Source: Octopus vulgaris
Lineage: Eukaryota
Direction of reading: 5' to 3'
Assembly (NCBI GenBank): GCA_951406725.2
Contig: OX597821.1
Coordinates: forward strand, 110,732,001 to 110,796,000
Length of the DNA stretch: 64,000 nucleotides
Shown here piece by piece: positions 30,500 to 47,514 of the stretch (positions are counted from its first letter, which is position 1; each line of letters opens with the position of its first letter). Made by a program: the position numbers and the translations under genes. Below the pieces are notes generated by a model. That model searched no databases and was not told where the DNA came from. It saw only the letters and a program-made list of their open reading frames with translations.

Positions 30500-30503
<4 letters not shown>
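29715..30503 (+). mobile_element. Degenerate R4/Dong LINE 3' fragment (family C)
   Basis: Homologous to 10903-11760; (AAT)n tail. Confidence 0.85.
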
Positions 30504-30556
<53 letters not shown>

Positions 30557-30725
30557 TGTTGTGTGGACGCCCCCAGACTATGAAGTAGGCTAGCCTAATA
30601 TGTAGATATAGAGTGAGAAGTCTAGACGTCGGGAGTTGAGTAGAGGTCATCCGAACGTGCGATATAACAGTGGCGACGAGGATTTCGTAGCTCACACAGC
30701 CACTGTGTAGTATTGCAATATAACA
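30557..30725 (+). mobile_element. Miniature/deleted LTR element (113-bp LTR + tRNA-Ser PBS)
   Basis: TGTT...AACA 30557-30669, PBS tggcgacgaggat 30671-30683, LTR end repeated at 30715-30725, taata on both flanks. Confidence 0.6.
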
Positions 30726-30864
30726 TAATAACAGGCAGAACACCTACAAAAATCGGCATTGCTTGGAACTACAAGAATTATTTGCAGGGATCTTGGAGCA
30801 TGGCCAGTAAACAAGTATCAACTTAGTCTGCATTATAATAACAATTATAATGGTTTGAGATTTT

Positions 30865-31065
30865 AGTAGAAGGTCAACAAGTTCGGGGAGGAGATCAGTG
30901 GATAACATGAACCTCAGCCCCCAACTGGTACTAATTTTTTCGACCTCAAAAGAATGAAAGACCAAGTCGACCTCGACGGAATTTGAACTCAGAACGTAAA
31001 GACAGACGAAATGCTGCTAAGGATTTTACTTGGCGTGCTAACAATTCTGCCAGCTCGTCGCCTTA
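30865..31065 (-). mobile_element. Family-1 SINE, degenerate
   Basis: gtcgacctcgacggaatttgaactcagaacg...ctgccagctcg. Confidence 0.8.
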
Positions 31066-31811
31066 AGAACAACAACAATAATAACAACAGCAACAGTAGC
31101 AGTAGCAGCAGCAGCATATAAAAATGGCTGCTAACAATGTTAACAAACCCGCTTCCACTCCTCACTCCCAATAACCGCTGGTTAAACTAAATAGACTTTT
31201 CAAGCATTCGTCTTACGTTTAATATTCCTTCTACAATTATTAATAAAATATTTTAAATGAATGTAAAGTTCGCATAATGTTGCTTACAACATGGCTCCCT
31301 TGATTTTATTACATCTGTAACAAAATTAATGCAGCCATCTTGTATTCAACATTTATCTATAATCAAATACGGAATACGCACAAGGCACAAAATTACTCTC
31401 TTACTATTTAGCTGCTGTTGTTATTTAGCTGCAAATAAACCGTGGTAGAGCAACAGATCATCCAGTTTTTAAAGCGATAGTTTATCTCAGAATGGATTAA
31501 CTAATATAGTCTTCTATTTTCTAAATATTTTTTTAAATACTGTGAGTGTAATTTGAGAGAAATTTAACTGCTATTTCTGGCTGCCTGGATGACAATATAC
31601 ACACTCTTTCATCGGTTGTTCGACCATATAATTAATGTGTAGTAACCGAGGGAAATATATCCAATCAAATCAGAGTTAAATCTCACTTCTGAGAACAAAG
31701 CAGCAGGGATTTATTACACCATGTAACAATTTTTTTAGTTTTTTGTCTTCGAACAGTAAGTGTTATCATTAATAAATCTCCGAACGAGATATAAACAGTA
31801 ACCGCTCGAGA

Positions 31812-32136
31812 ACGTAAAGTGTACTAGCCATCTGAATGTGGCTAGCCACTGGGGGTGGGGTGTTACTGACGCTTTTAGCCCCAGGAGATCGACGTCTCCA
31901 GCTGGCGTTAGACACAATTTCAGTGCCATTGTGTTATTTGCAAAGGGAGGTCATCCTCCCTCGAAAACCTAAGTGATACATACGGACTATAGTTTCAAGG
32001 TTTTTGCCTCTCAACACAAGGGCACTGAAATTGTGTCTAAGGCCAGCTGGAGACGTCGATCTCCTGGGGCTAAAAGCGTCAGTAACACCCCACCCCCAGT
32101 GGCTAGCCACATTCAGATGGCTAGTACACTTTACGT
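31812..32136. repeat. Long inverted repeat, ~124-bp arms
   Basis: 31812-31935 vs 32013-32136, two mismatches by eye. Confidence 0.9.
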
Positions 32137-33218
32137 AAGTAAGTGTTATTTTGTCTAGAAATCATAGGGAACGACTGTTATTCCCTTCAAACTTTGCTTT
32201 TGTGACCTGGACATCAATGTCTTGAAACTGACCTATTTCCCATTACATTTCAGGCAGATCCAGCTCTGAGTTGCTGAAGCAGAAATATCGTTATAGCAAA
32301 TATTCTGCTCATTAGCAGATTTGCTTGTCAGTTGCTTGACCTTGACCACTTGAGCATGTCTCTTAGTGGCTAACAATATGTACATCTCTAATCATGAGCA
32401 GGAATAGTAGGAGAGCATCATAGCCATGGGTTGAGAGGGATTCTTTGGGGGTTTAAATAAATATTGTAAAGTCTGAAGGAAACATTAGCCATTTTTCATA
32501 CTTTCTAGGGGTTAACAAATAGGAAATAGCAGTTGTTACCCAAGGACAAAAGTCCTGTTACCCAGTCTTCTTATTATAGTGGACGTGGTTTTTGTAGAGC
32601 TAGACCCATTCTCTCTACCCTCAAATTTCTAATGATCTGGAGCACAACTCTTATATAATAGTTGTCAAGGTGCAGAATCTGTATGGACTTACGTTCTCTT
32701 AGATGCGATATCAAAGCGCTAACTAACCTCATCTGCGCTGGGTCAGTTAGGGTATGTTTGTGCGATCTTCTTTCGAAGGCAATTCATTCACATGATAATT
32801 AACCCATAGCCGGAACCGTAATAGGTGATGCTTGTCCGAGTCAGTGTAGATCTGAGAACAATAGGGGCTAAGACATAGTTCCACACTCCTAAAACCCTTG
32901 AAATTCCCGAACTAGAGCCTCACCACCGGATGAAGTTTAAAATTGTACCCAGGACCTATATATATATCTTTTAATGAACGCAGTATATATTTTCGTGAGT
33001 TTCTAATAGCTTCATGCGATGAAAAGGATACAGATGGCATTTTACAAAACATCTAGTGTCTTCATGCAATCTTCAGGTTGTGCTCACATGGCATATAGAA
33101 CCTAAAACAGTAGCTCATAAAAAATATATATATTGTTTTCATTAAACAATATTAATCTCTATCCAGATGGAATACTTTTTTGTTCATCTTACCTTCCGGG
33201 AACAGTACAAGATATATA

Positions 33219-33308
<90 letters not shown>

Positions 33309-33312
<4 letters not shown>

Positions 33313-33612
33313 ACAAAATTGGACAAGAACGCAAAACATCCGGACAACTAGGTGATAAAAAAAGGGACAAAAAAACATTCCAGATATACGATACAAAAAA
33401 AACATGGAAGGGTCATTCGAAGCTTTCTATCCTCAGTCAAGAACCGGATCATCCTTGCAATTTCGGCTGGATGATCCGGTTCTTGACTGACGATAGAAAG
33501 CTTCGAATGACCCGTCCTTGGTTTTTTTTTTGTATCGTCTATCTGGATGTCTTTTCCATTTTTGTATCACCTGGTTTCCGGATGTTTTGTGTTCTTGTCC
33601 CATTTTGCATTT
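33309..33612. repeat. ~300-bp palindromic Penelope-like insertion in (TA)n
   Basis: Inner ~45-bp arms nearly perfect, outer arms diverged; centre holds half an HHR (cagccGAAAttgc on minus). Confidence 0.75.
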
Positions 33613-33782
33613 TATATATATATATATAGCGGCGTACGTACACTTTGTTCTCTTATATGTAAGTACACATTTTACTATATATATATATATATAGTTCAAA
33701 TTTACAGAAAACAAAAGACAAAGACAGATGAAGGCACAACAAGCAGGTTTATTAGTTTAACACTCGGGAAGAATAGAAAAGT

Positions 33783-33818
33783 CTTTGACGTTTCGAGCCT
33801 ACGCTCTTCGACGGAAAG
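33783..33818 (-). ncRNA. Minimal hammerhead variant (CCGUCGA)
   Basis: Minus: cttt-CCGTCGA-a-gagc-gtag-gctc-GAAAC-GTC-aaag. Confidence 0.55.
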
Positions 33819-34371
33819 GATTAAGGGGACAAAAACGGAAAGAGAAAAACTGTGTAAGGATTAACGGCTCAACCTGATGAAATAGCCAGAGGCGTTGCAT
33901 TATACAAATATGAGTGTGTATATGTATGTGTGTAGGTATGTATGTTTGTGCGCATGTGTGATGCGTAAAAGATTGTCTAACACCTCGGTTTGAATAAATA
34001 TGGACAAAACCTACACCCTGTATTGAGTACCATTGTCCGATTTCGTTTAGGAACTGCAGCAGTAATTCGTTCGTAGCTGGTGGTTCTCCATCGCCGCCAA
34101 TTCGATTTTCTTCTCTGTACACGTTCGTTCAGACAGCCAATACGCGAACACTTCTCTTAGTGTACCGAATGAACGCATAAAAGCGAAAATAAATAGAGTA
34201 GCACCAGGTGAATTATCAAGATTTTACCGATGTACTTATAGCTGGAGTGATAAGAATTTTTTTTCGTTTCATTTTGGCGAGTTATGTCTCAATATTGTTG
34301 TAATAGACACTCTATTTTTTTTAACAAGAAACGTAACTTTACTTGCTTTGCCAAAACAACAACAACAATAA

Positions 34372-34411
<40 letters not shown>

Positions 34412-34616
34412 AATAATAATAATAATAATGAACTATTCGTGATTTCGAAATGGCTAACGTCACAACATAAAACACTGTTTTGGAATGAAGAACCAAGGAA
34501 ATATAGTGATATATATTGATACTATTATATATATATATGCTAACACATGTGGTTAAGAGCGCGGGCTACTAACCCCAATATACCGAGTTCGATTCCAGGC
34601 AGTGACCTGAATAATG

Positions 34617-38324
<3,708 letters not shown>

Positions 38325-38348
38325 AATAATAATAATAATAACAACAAC

Positions 38349-38389
<41 letters not shown>

Positions 38390-38423
38390 TAATAATAATA
38401 ATAATAATAACAATAACAATAAC

Positions 38424-38519
<96 letters not shown>

Positions 38520-38542
38520 AAGAAGAAGAAGAAGAAGAAGAA

Positions 38543-39124
38543 GAAGGAATATATTCACAGACATGACAGAGTTGGAACCTACATACATTGGAGGCTATGC
38601 CAACATTATGGAATAACAACAGAAAAAAGATGGTATAGGCACACACCAGAAAGGTCACAGAAAACGAGAAAGCAACCATACTCTGGGATATGCCGATACA
38701 CACAGATAGAGAAATTAAGGCCAACAGACCAGATATAGTTGTCAGAGATCATGAAGGAAAAAAATGCTTTCTAATTGATGTATCAATACCGGCAGATGAC
38801 AACGTGTCTCTAAAAGAAATGGAGAAACTCTCAAAATACAAAGACCTGGAAATAGAGGTAACTAGAATGTGGAACCTGAAAACAGAAACAATTCCTATCA
38901 TAGTAGGTGCATTAGGCATGATAAAAAAATATTCAGACAAATACATAACAAAAACACCAGGACTTACAAACACATATAACATACAGAAAATTGCACTACT
39001 AGGCACTGCACACATCCTACGCAGAACACTTTCCATACAATAACCATCAGAGCATCACAACAAATCACAGCACATACCCAAGGCACACAGAGCTGCGCTC
39101 GGTAGTGAAGTGAAGTGAAAACTA

Positions 39125-39128
<4 letters not shown>
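38543..39128 (+). mobile_element. R4/Dong LINE 3' fragment (family B)
   Basis: ORF 38690-39043 encodes the RLE domain; closely matches 22525-23104. Confidence 0.95.
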
Positions 39129-39216
<88 letters not shown>

Positions 39217-39265
39217 CATCGAAAAATACCTTAGGAATGACAGCCGAGGTTCGAAATTTCCCCAA

Positions 39266-39311
39266 GACGCCTGATGAAGGCTGGAGGGTATATCAACCGA
39301 AACGTTGTGTT
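39266..39311 (+). ncRNA. Minimal type I hammerhead ribozyme
   Basis: gacgc-CTGATGA-a-ggctg...caacc-GAAAC-GTT-gtgtt; one stem II mismatch. Confidence 0.75.
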
Positions 39312-39680
39312 AACAACAAACAAGATGAGGACAGATATATGTCAAATGTAAATGATGTAAATAATGCTAACATAACGTTTTCAGGGCGATCTAAAATTTA
39401 CTTTCAATAATTTATATATATATATATAAATACTTAAATACAACAGAAACAATTGTCGGCTTTGTAAGGTGAATTCTGCAATCAAAGACGTGATTTTTTT
39501 CTACAAGAAAAATACTCTACGTAATTTTGGTTGCTTAATACTCAGGATTTGTTGTAGTTTTTCTAAATGATATTTAGATCTACTTATCATACATTAGGAA
39601 TTACCTTGGATGTGTATCCTACTTGCATTTATTGGTATCTAATTGTTGGGTGTAGTAAACTAAATTCGTTTACAACAATG

Positions 39681-40106
39681 GGATATTTTCGGTTTGAACG
39701 GCAGCTTTTAACATAATGTCTAGGTAACTAAAAAAATTTAAACATCGTATACTGGTAGAATGTGTTTATAAAACATCTTTTTCTCTTGGCTTTATTGAGA
39801 AAATTCTATAGTTTGTAAGATATTTGTTGTTTTTTTCTTCAATTTCTGCAATTTCAACCAATCACTGACGTCCATTGAGGTAAACAACATTCTGTGCCGT
39901 ATGAATATGTCCCTCGTTTAAGAAACAGATTGGGTTTATTTACATTTGTGAAGAAAAAATATGCGCTTCCCCCACCCCTAACCCTAACTAACCCTAACCC
40001 TAAAATAGACTGAAATGCAATAGATCGATACTAGGGTCATAATTATGGGTGACAATTTCATATGACACCGCTAGAAAAAAAACTGCCGTTCAAACTGAAA
40101 AGATAC
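39681..40106 (-). mobile_element. Merlin-like MITE copy 2
   Basis: Same TIRs as copy 1; exact 8-bp TSD caacaatg; (CCCTAA) tract. Confidence 0.9.
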
Positions 40107-40388
40107 CAACAATGTATTACTGATATCTGCCTGGATTTTTTAATCCCGTTTTTCTTGAATATAGTCATTGAAAAGGTTGCTAGAAGCAGCGAGAGAGCTT
40201 TGACTAATCATAAAGAAAAGGAGTGGAATTGAACCAGTGCGTATGTTATTAATATTGGCATAATGACTCTCCCTAGATACAACAAAATTTGTTTCAACAC
40301 ACGAATTCACATAAAGAATCTTGCAAACCAGATACAAAAACGAAATATATATTTATATACACACACACTATTCGAAACTCATACTGCA

Positions 40389-40476
<88 letters not shown>

Positions 40477-41019
40477 GTGTTTCAGTGCTTGTCCCTCATC
40501 ACCGCAAGACAACCAGTGTTGGCGTATTTACGTCGCCGTAACTTAGCGGTTCGGGAAAAAAAACCGATAGAATACATTTTGTAAGGAGATGCAAATAAAT
40601 ACGCTCGAATATTTTGCAATGCAAGTTTCCTTTTCCCTAGAACCAAACCGATGCTGTTTTTAGTAAAACGTTAACAAACCATCTAACTTTAAGCACACTG
40701 TTACCCTCGACCGTAATTTTAGAGTTTTAATGCTTTCAGCCACGTATTATACATTTGCACAAATCACATTTTACAATAATTCTTGGCGCTCAGCCTAAAT
40801 ATCTGTTAGCTCGAGGCATATTAAACAACTCTGTTACATCAAATTATCCTTGTACGCCTAATGCAAACAACCTTTAAAATATTCGAACGCATTTGCGTCT
40901 CCTTACGAAATGTGTTTCTAAGATAAACTTCCTTTCAAATGACGTCTTTAAAGTTTTGCAAAAAAAATATATGAATATTTGATTGCAAATTAGGGAGATC
41001 TTTGGGGGGGGGGGGGTTC

Positions 41020-41480
41020 TCTTACTTGTTTCAATCATTAGACTGCGGCCATGCTGGGGCAAGGCGTTGAAGAATTTAAGTCGAACGATTCGACCCCAGC
41101 ATGTATATTTTTCTTTAAGTCTGGTACTTATTCCATCGGTCTTTTATGTCAAACCGCTAGGTTACAGGGGCGTAAGTACATCAACACCGGTTGTCAAGCG
41201 GTGATGAGGGACAAACACACACACACACACACACACACATACACACGCGCACACACACACACATACACTCACATATAAATAATCTCATTTTCCCCCACCA
41301 TCGCTTGACAACCGATGTCGGTGTGCTTACGTCGCTGTAACTTAGCAGTGCAGCAAAAGAGCCTGATAGAATAAGTCCTAGGCTGATAAAGAATAAGTCC
41401 TGGGATCGATTAGCTCAACTAAAGGCGGTGCTTTAGGATGGCAGCAATCAAATGACTGAAACAATAAAAGGGTAAAAGGA
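41020..41480. mobile_element. Two family-2 SINE tails in opposite orientation
   Basis: 41020-41215 minus and 41290-41480 plus. Confidence 0.75.
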
Positions 41481-42290
41481 TATATATATTAAATAATATA
41501 ATATAATATAATATAATATAATATAATATAATATAATGTAATATAATATATATAATTAAATAAGGGTAGAAATTGATATTAATCAATTAAAACCAGTGGC
41601 CTAGCATATTTTAAAAATCCGAAGATTAATTTTTTTTTTTTTTTACATAGAAAATTTAGAGGATTGACCACTAAAAGTGGACAGCCTGTATGCTAGATAT
41701 AAACGACAAAATCGCCATTTTCCACGGAGAATGTGTTCTCAAGAAAAAATTCAGCAAAAAAACCAAAGCGTAAAACCTTTTCAATTCCACATTGCTCTAC
41801 CTTCCCCCCATTCCAACCAACCTCCTACACTGTCCCAACATGTTATGTTGGCAAAAATCTCTACTCCAAAGTCCTGTTGCTGAATATCTCACGTTGTCAG
41901 ATTTAAAAATAGTAAATTTCTAATAAAGGAATATTACAGTATATTATAAATATATGTGACAAATATATAATATGCGTCTAAATAAATAAATTTATACCTA
42001 TATGATATTTCGGTTAATCTTTCATGCTACGGACTAACCTCATAAAAATAATTCATGAGGCATAAGCAGAACAATGAGAATCAAAGAACAGTGTATCTAT
42101 TCAATGTAAATATGCTGATCACCGTGGTTTTTCGACTACGGAGAGCACCTCTTCCCTTTAGACGATGTGCATTCACTTACACACGTGATTCATCAGGTGT
42201 TCTCTTTTGACGAACAAGCAACAGTCATCAGAGATTCACTTTCGGAGCTGCCAGGATATGAAGAATGGATAAATACGTTATTGTCTAAAC

Positions 42291-42360
42291 TAGGGCTGGC
42301 CAACCTGAACCCCACCGGCCGCATGCGGCCCGCAGACCTTTATCTTGCGGCCCGCTTGAT
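42291..42360 (+). mobile_element. hAT (Charlie-like) terminus fragment
   Basis: tagggctggccaacctg...ggccgcatgcggccc. Confidence 0.55.
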
Positions 42361-42439
42361 ACTTTCTTGAAATAGGTTTATTTAAACAGACATTTTGAAA
42401 ATTTTTATCAAAAATTAAAGATTGTAATAAAAAGTAAAA

Positions 42440-42825
42440 AGGGACTAAACACAGAGGGGACAAACAAGGACAGACTAACGGATTAAGTCGACTACATCGA
42501 TCCCAGTGCGTAACTGGTACTTAATTTATCGACCCCGAGAGGATGAAAGGCAAAGTCGACCTCGGTGGAATTTGAACTCAGAACGTAACGATAGACGAAA
42601 CACTGCTAATCATTTCGCCTTGGGTGCTAACGTTTCTTATTTCTTTATTGCCAACAAGGGGCTAAACATAGATGGGGACAAACAAGGACAGACAAATGGA
42701 TCAAGTCGATTACATCGATCCCAGTGCGTAACTGGTACTTAATTTATCGACTCCGAAAGGATGAAAAGCAAAGTCGACCTCGGCGGAATTTGAACTCAGA
42801 ACGTTTCTGCCACCTTACCGCCTTA
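42440..42825 (-). mobile_element. Family-1 SINE tandem dimer
   Basis: Two units head-to-tail. Confidence 0.85.
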
Positions 42826-42967
42826 CTTCCACAATTAATACTAATTTCGTTTTCTTTTAATTCGTTTAACTAATTTCAATTTGTATTTTATTAATATTTT
42901 CAAAATACATTTTTGATTTAATTTCATTAACATCACATTTAGTAGACACCATAAATCACATACCCGC

Positions 42968-42998
<31 letters not shown>

Positions 42999-43649
42999 CT
43001 TCGATTTACAAACGTAACTCAGGATTCATTGCTGAATTAATTCGGGGAGTGGTGTCTTTGTTGAATTTATATTTTATACGTAAAACTCATTAGATCTATG
43101 CGCCATGTTTTACGCAATTTTGTTTCCTTGTTTGATAAAATTAATGACGTCCGTGTTTATAAATTGTGCTCTATTCTGTATTTATTTAATTTTTAACTCT
43201 TTCATGTTTATTGTCGTAGAATGAAAGGTCGCCATATTTCTATTTAGCAGATTATAAATTTTCTAAATTTATAAACTGGAATTTTTTTTTACAAAAAATA
43301 AACATGAAATGTCTGTGGCGTGTCCATAATGTGTGCGTCTGACGAATGTTCGACAAAACAGGAAAGTCAGACTTCCGATGAAGTAAACAATTTTGGGAAA
43401 AAATAAATCAATCAATGAATAAACACTTCTATATTTATTCTATATAATTTCCTTTCAACCCGTCTTTTTGTGCGCACGCGCGCGCATGTGTGTGTGTGTG
43501 TGTGTGTGTGTGTGCTTTTGTCGGTGGTGTTATTAACTGAAGTTATGATCATGTTAGCGAAATTTCATGTGGTGTAAGATAAATCTTTTTTAAATTATGT
43601 CTGAATAACGATACGTTGGTTAGTAAAATGTGTCCCTTCTTTTTTATTT

Positions 43650-43942
43650 ATGCGCCCTTTTCAAGACAAGCCAGGCTCACGGGCTCGGTTTCCCGGTTTC
43701 TGTGGTGTATGTGTTTCCCCCCATCCCCAGCTGGACGCCAGTCCATCGCAGTTTTACCCAAGAAACAGGAAGAGAGGGTGAGAGAAAGTTGGGGCAAAAG
43801 AGCACCACCCTCTGCCGGAGCCTCGTGTAGATTTAGGTGTTTCCGCTCAATAAACACACACACAACGCCCGGTCTGGGAATCGAAACCGCGCTCCTCCAG
43901 CCGTGAGTCCGCTGTCCTAACCACTGGGCCATTGCGCCTCCA
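43650..43942 (-). mobile_element. Family-3 tRNA SINE
   Basis: Minus head ggaggcgcaatggcccagtggttagg, B-box gtttcgattcc. Confidence 0.9.
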
Positions 43943-44001
43943 CAAAGTAGATGTGTATATACATATATGTATGTATATATATATATATATATATACATAC
44001 A

Positions 44002-44104
<103 letters not shown>

Positions 44105-44265
44105 CCTCCTAACATTCCGCTGTCTTTGACTATACTACTCTTCTGTCTTTGAAAACATCTTTCTTCACCCTTTCTCCTTCCGGTCTTTCAAATTGTGACC
44201 CCGTGTATACCGCTGGCGATTTTTCTTCCTCTGTCTTCCCTTCTCTGGATCTTTCCTTCTCCTAT

Positions 44266-44300
44266 GTTTCCGACGAAGAGCTCCGCTCGAAACGTTAAAC
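44266..44300 (+). ncRNA. Minimal hammerhead motif (U4C) in a ~300-bp repeat within (TA)n
   Basis: gttt-CCGACGA-a-gagc-tcc-gctc-GAAAC-GTT-aaac; sister copy at 61858 has canonical CTGACGA. Confidence 0.65.
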
Positions 44301-44399
44301 TCTCCTTCTTTCCTTCTTTCCTGAGCGTCTAATAATACTATATTTGTTCCATGTCCTCGCGTTGTTGTGTTTTTTTTTGTGTTTTCTTGTTTGGATTAA

Positions 44400-44458
<59 letters not shown>

Positions 44459-44938
44459 CATATATACATATATATATATATATGTATGTGTATATGTATA
44501 TGTATATAAATGTAAATGCTTCTTTCCGAATGAAATTACACTACAATTTTCAAACTCTGATGAAGCACTCAACTGTGACTGCATTGCCCTTATAGCAGAA
44601 ACAACTGTGCGGTACTGAAACTCATGTCATAATTTCTTATTCCTTTGTCATTCTAATTTCTTATTACTGTTCTGTACTTGGCCGGTGATTTTTTCTGAAG
44701 CCTGTATACATTGAGTTCAAACACCAGATTATTAGTATCACTATGCCTAAGGACTGGTCTACTGGTTCCGTCGCTAGAAGTTAGTAGGGGTTAGCTCTCC
44801 TGCTCGCAATCTTATCGGATGATGCTGTGCATCGTTAACCAGCTAGAGGAGATGTCCTCTTGGGGTTAAAAAATCGCAGTAGAGTCCGCTCGAACAGACA
44901 CTCATATTAAAGTGGCTACGAATGTTACTTAAGCGAAA

Positions 44939-45006
<68 letters not shown>

Positions 45007-45024
45007 ATATATATATATATATAA

Positions 45025-45568
45025 GTTCAGCAAAAATTTAGATTCAAATGAATATGGTACATATGGTACTTAATTTAGATGCACCAGAGTTTTGTATGGT
45101 GTTATCCATAAAAATTTGTTGGGTGATTATAATCAAAATAAGCAACAAGAATGACTCCGGTAATTTGGTACAATCGTTCCGTACTACATCATTTTATTAA
45201 ATGTTGTAAGTATTACAACATATTTAAGATGCTGAGTACTCATCAGCCAATTATAGAGGTTTTCCATTAATACAAAAATTTTCTAACCTTACATTAGTTA
45301 GGAACAGCCATATCTTAGTAAGTCAGTGGAAGGACTTCACTACCTCATATGTTCTTAAAATTTAAATCCACTTCTTTGTCTGTATATCTACCTTCTCTAT
45401 AATGTTACCACTTGATTTGAAAACTTTTGTATTAATGGAAAACCTCTATAATTGGCTGATGAGTACTCAGCATCTTAAATCTGTTGTAATACTTACGACA
45501 TTTAATAAAATGATGTAGTACGAAACGATCGTATCAAATTACCGGAGTCATTTTTGTTGCTTATTCTG

Positions 45569-45572
<4 letters not shown>
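45025..45572. mobile_element. Penelope-like inverted pLTR pair in (TA)n
   Basis: ~45127-45280 is the reverse complement of ~45421-45572; each arm has an HHR; third copy at 57575-57865. Confidence 0.8.
45451..45540 (+). ncRNA. Type I hammerhead ribozyme
   Basis: ttgg-CTGATGA-gtact...agtac-GAA-ACGATCGT-A-tcaa (ccaa in sister copies). Confidence 0.8.
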
Positions 45573-45604
<32 letters not shown>

Positions 45605-45628
45605 CATACATACATAAATACATATATA

Positions 45629-46890
45629 CGAGGGGCGTTCAATAAGTAATGCCCCTGACCCACTTCCCATAGCTGTAGAGCAACGATACTTGGCACAGTT
45701 ATTAGTCTTTTCCTACATAGGAACTACCCAGAGGTATGCATTTCTCCCATCGTTTGATACAGCTCTGGAGACCGTTTTTGTAGAAGACCCCAGCTTGGTC
45801 CTCCAACCACGACGTGACTTCAGAAATCAAGGCTGCATCATCTGGAAAACGCTTTCCTTTCAAAATCAACTTCATGGCTGCGAAGAGGTGAAAATCAGAG
45901 GGTGCAAGGGGAGGAGTTCATAGCTGCACGCCTGTGCTTCTGATCTGGCGACAAGCGAGTTGTGGACCGGAGCGTTGTCCTGCAGGAGGAGGATGCCTTT
46001 GCTGATCTTGCCCCGCCTCTTGATTTTGATAGCTTCTCTTAATTTCCTCAAAAGTGAAGCATAATAGGCTCCTGTAATTGTGGTACCCTTTGCCAGGAAA
46101 TCTGTCATCACTACTCCGTCCTGGTCCCAGAAGACTGTGAGCATAACCTTGTCAGCGGAGGGCTGCACCCTTGCCTTCTTTGGAGGAGGTGAGTCACGGT
46201 GCTTTCACTGCATTGACTGGGCTTTGGTCATTGGATCACAGTGATGGACCCAGGTTTTATCCTGTGTGATCAGTCTTTTGAAAAATTTTGACTCATCTTC
46301 TTGGCACATCTTCAAATTCATCCTCGAGCACTCAACGCGTTCTTGCTTCTGGAAAGGTGTGAGCAACCTGGAAATCCATCTGGCAGACACCTTTTGCATA
46401 TGCAAATGGTCATGAATGATAGTTTCCACAGACCCGGTACTAATCTTGACCTTATGGGCTATTTGGCGAATAGTTATGCGTTGACCTTCCAAAATGGCAG
46501 CCTCAACTTGACGGACAGACGTCTCATCAACGGCAGAAGGGGGCGACCAGATCTGGGAGCTGTTTCCACAGAATTCCGACTATGTTTGAATTCACAATGC
46601 CAGCGTTTTACAAGGTCATATGATGGGGCATCATCACCATAAGTTACTTTCATTTCATCAAAAGTCTCCCGTGGTGTGCGTCCTTTCAAATACAAAAACC
46701 AGATCACTGCTCGACACTCAACAGGCTCCATTTCACACTTGACTCAGTTCAAACACCTGTAAATCAGAAACCACAGTTAGTTCAGAGCTGTAATTCGTCA
46801 CTTAATCTATAGAGGTATAAATAAGTGCACATTTCAGCTAGATCAAACAACTGCAAGTGGGTCAGGGGCATTACTTATTGAACGCCCCTC

Positions 46891-46891
<1 letters not shown>
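45629..46891 (-). mobile_element. Full-length mariner transposon with defective transposase
   Basis: Identical 37-bp TIRs cgaggggcgttcaataagtaatgcccctgacccactt; TA flanks; fragments PRSGRP, VSARWI, ITQDKTWVH, KVMLTVFWD, LLQDNAPVH, LAPSDF, with frameshifts and a deletion of YSPD. Confidence 0.97.
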
Positions 46892-46935
<44 letters not shown>

Positions 46936-46997
46936 TACATACATACATACATACATACATACATACATACATACATACATACATACACACACACACG

Positions 46998-47037
<40 letters not shown>

Positions 47038-47303
47038 CATACGCACACACACACACACACACGTATATATATATACATATATATAATAGGTAAAATTAAT
47101 AATGTCAGACAATTATTGAGAGTTGAGGATGTATAGTTAATTTATTTATATCATAGTCTGTTGTTAAGATATAAATACAAATAAATTTTATATACATATA
47201 CAGACACACACATACACTTATATATATAAATATATATGTATGTATGTATGTATATGTGTGTGTGTGTGTGTGTGTGTATGTGTGTATGTATAAGATTTAC
47301 ATG

Positions 47304-47347
<44 letters not shown>

Positions 47348-47466
47348 TATGTATGTGGAAGACTCTTGGCCAAGGTGCTCTGCAATGGTACCGAACCCGA
47401 AACCACGCGATTGCGAAACGAGTTTCTTAACCACACAGCCACTATACACAGCGATATCTGCACCTA

Positions 47467-47514
<48 letters not shown>

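Noticed and set aside
33005-33085. Minus-strand CTGAAGA hammerhead candidate
   Set aside because: GAAA is replaced by GAAG and there is no stem I partner.
42120-42205. Minus-strand CTGATGA...GAAA hammerhead candidate
   Set aside because: Stems II and III and the NUH site cannot be formed.
44552-44636. Additional hammerhead (CTGATGA-agcac...gtact-GAAAC-tcat-GTC)
   Set aside because: Stem I does not pair convincingly; at best a decayed copy, so not counted.
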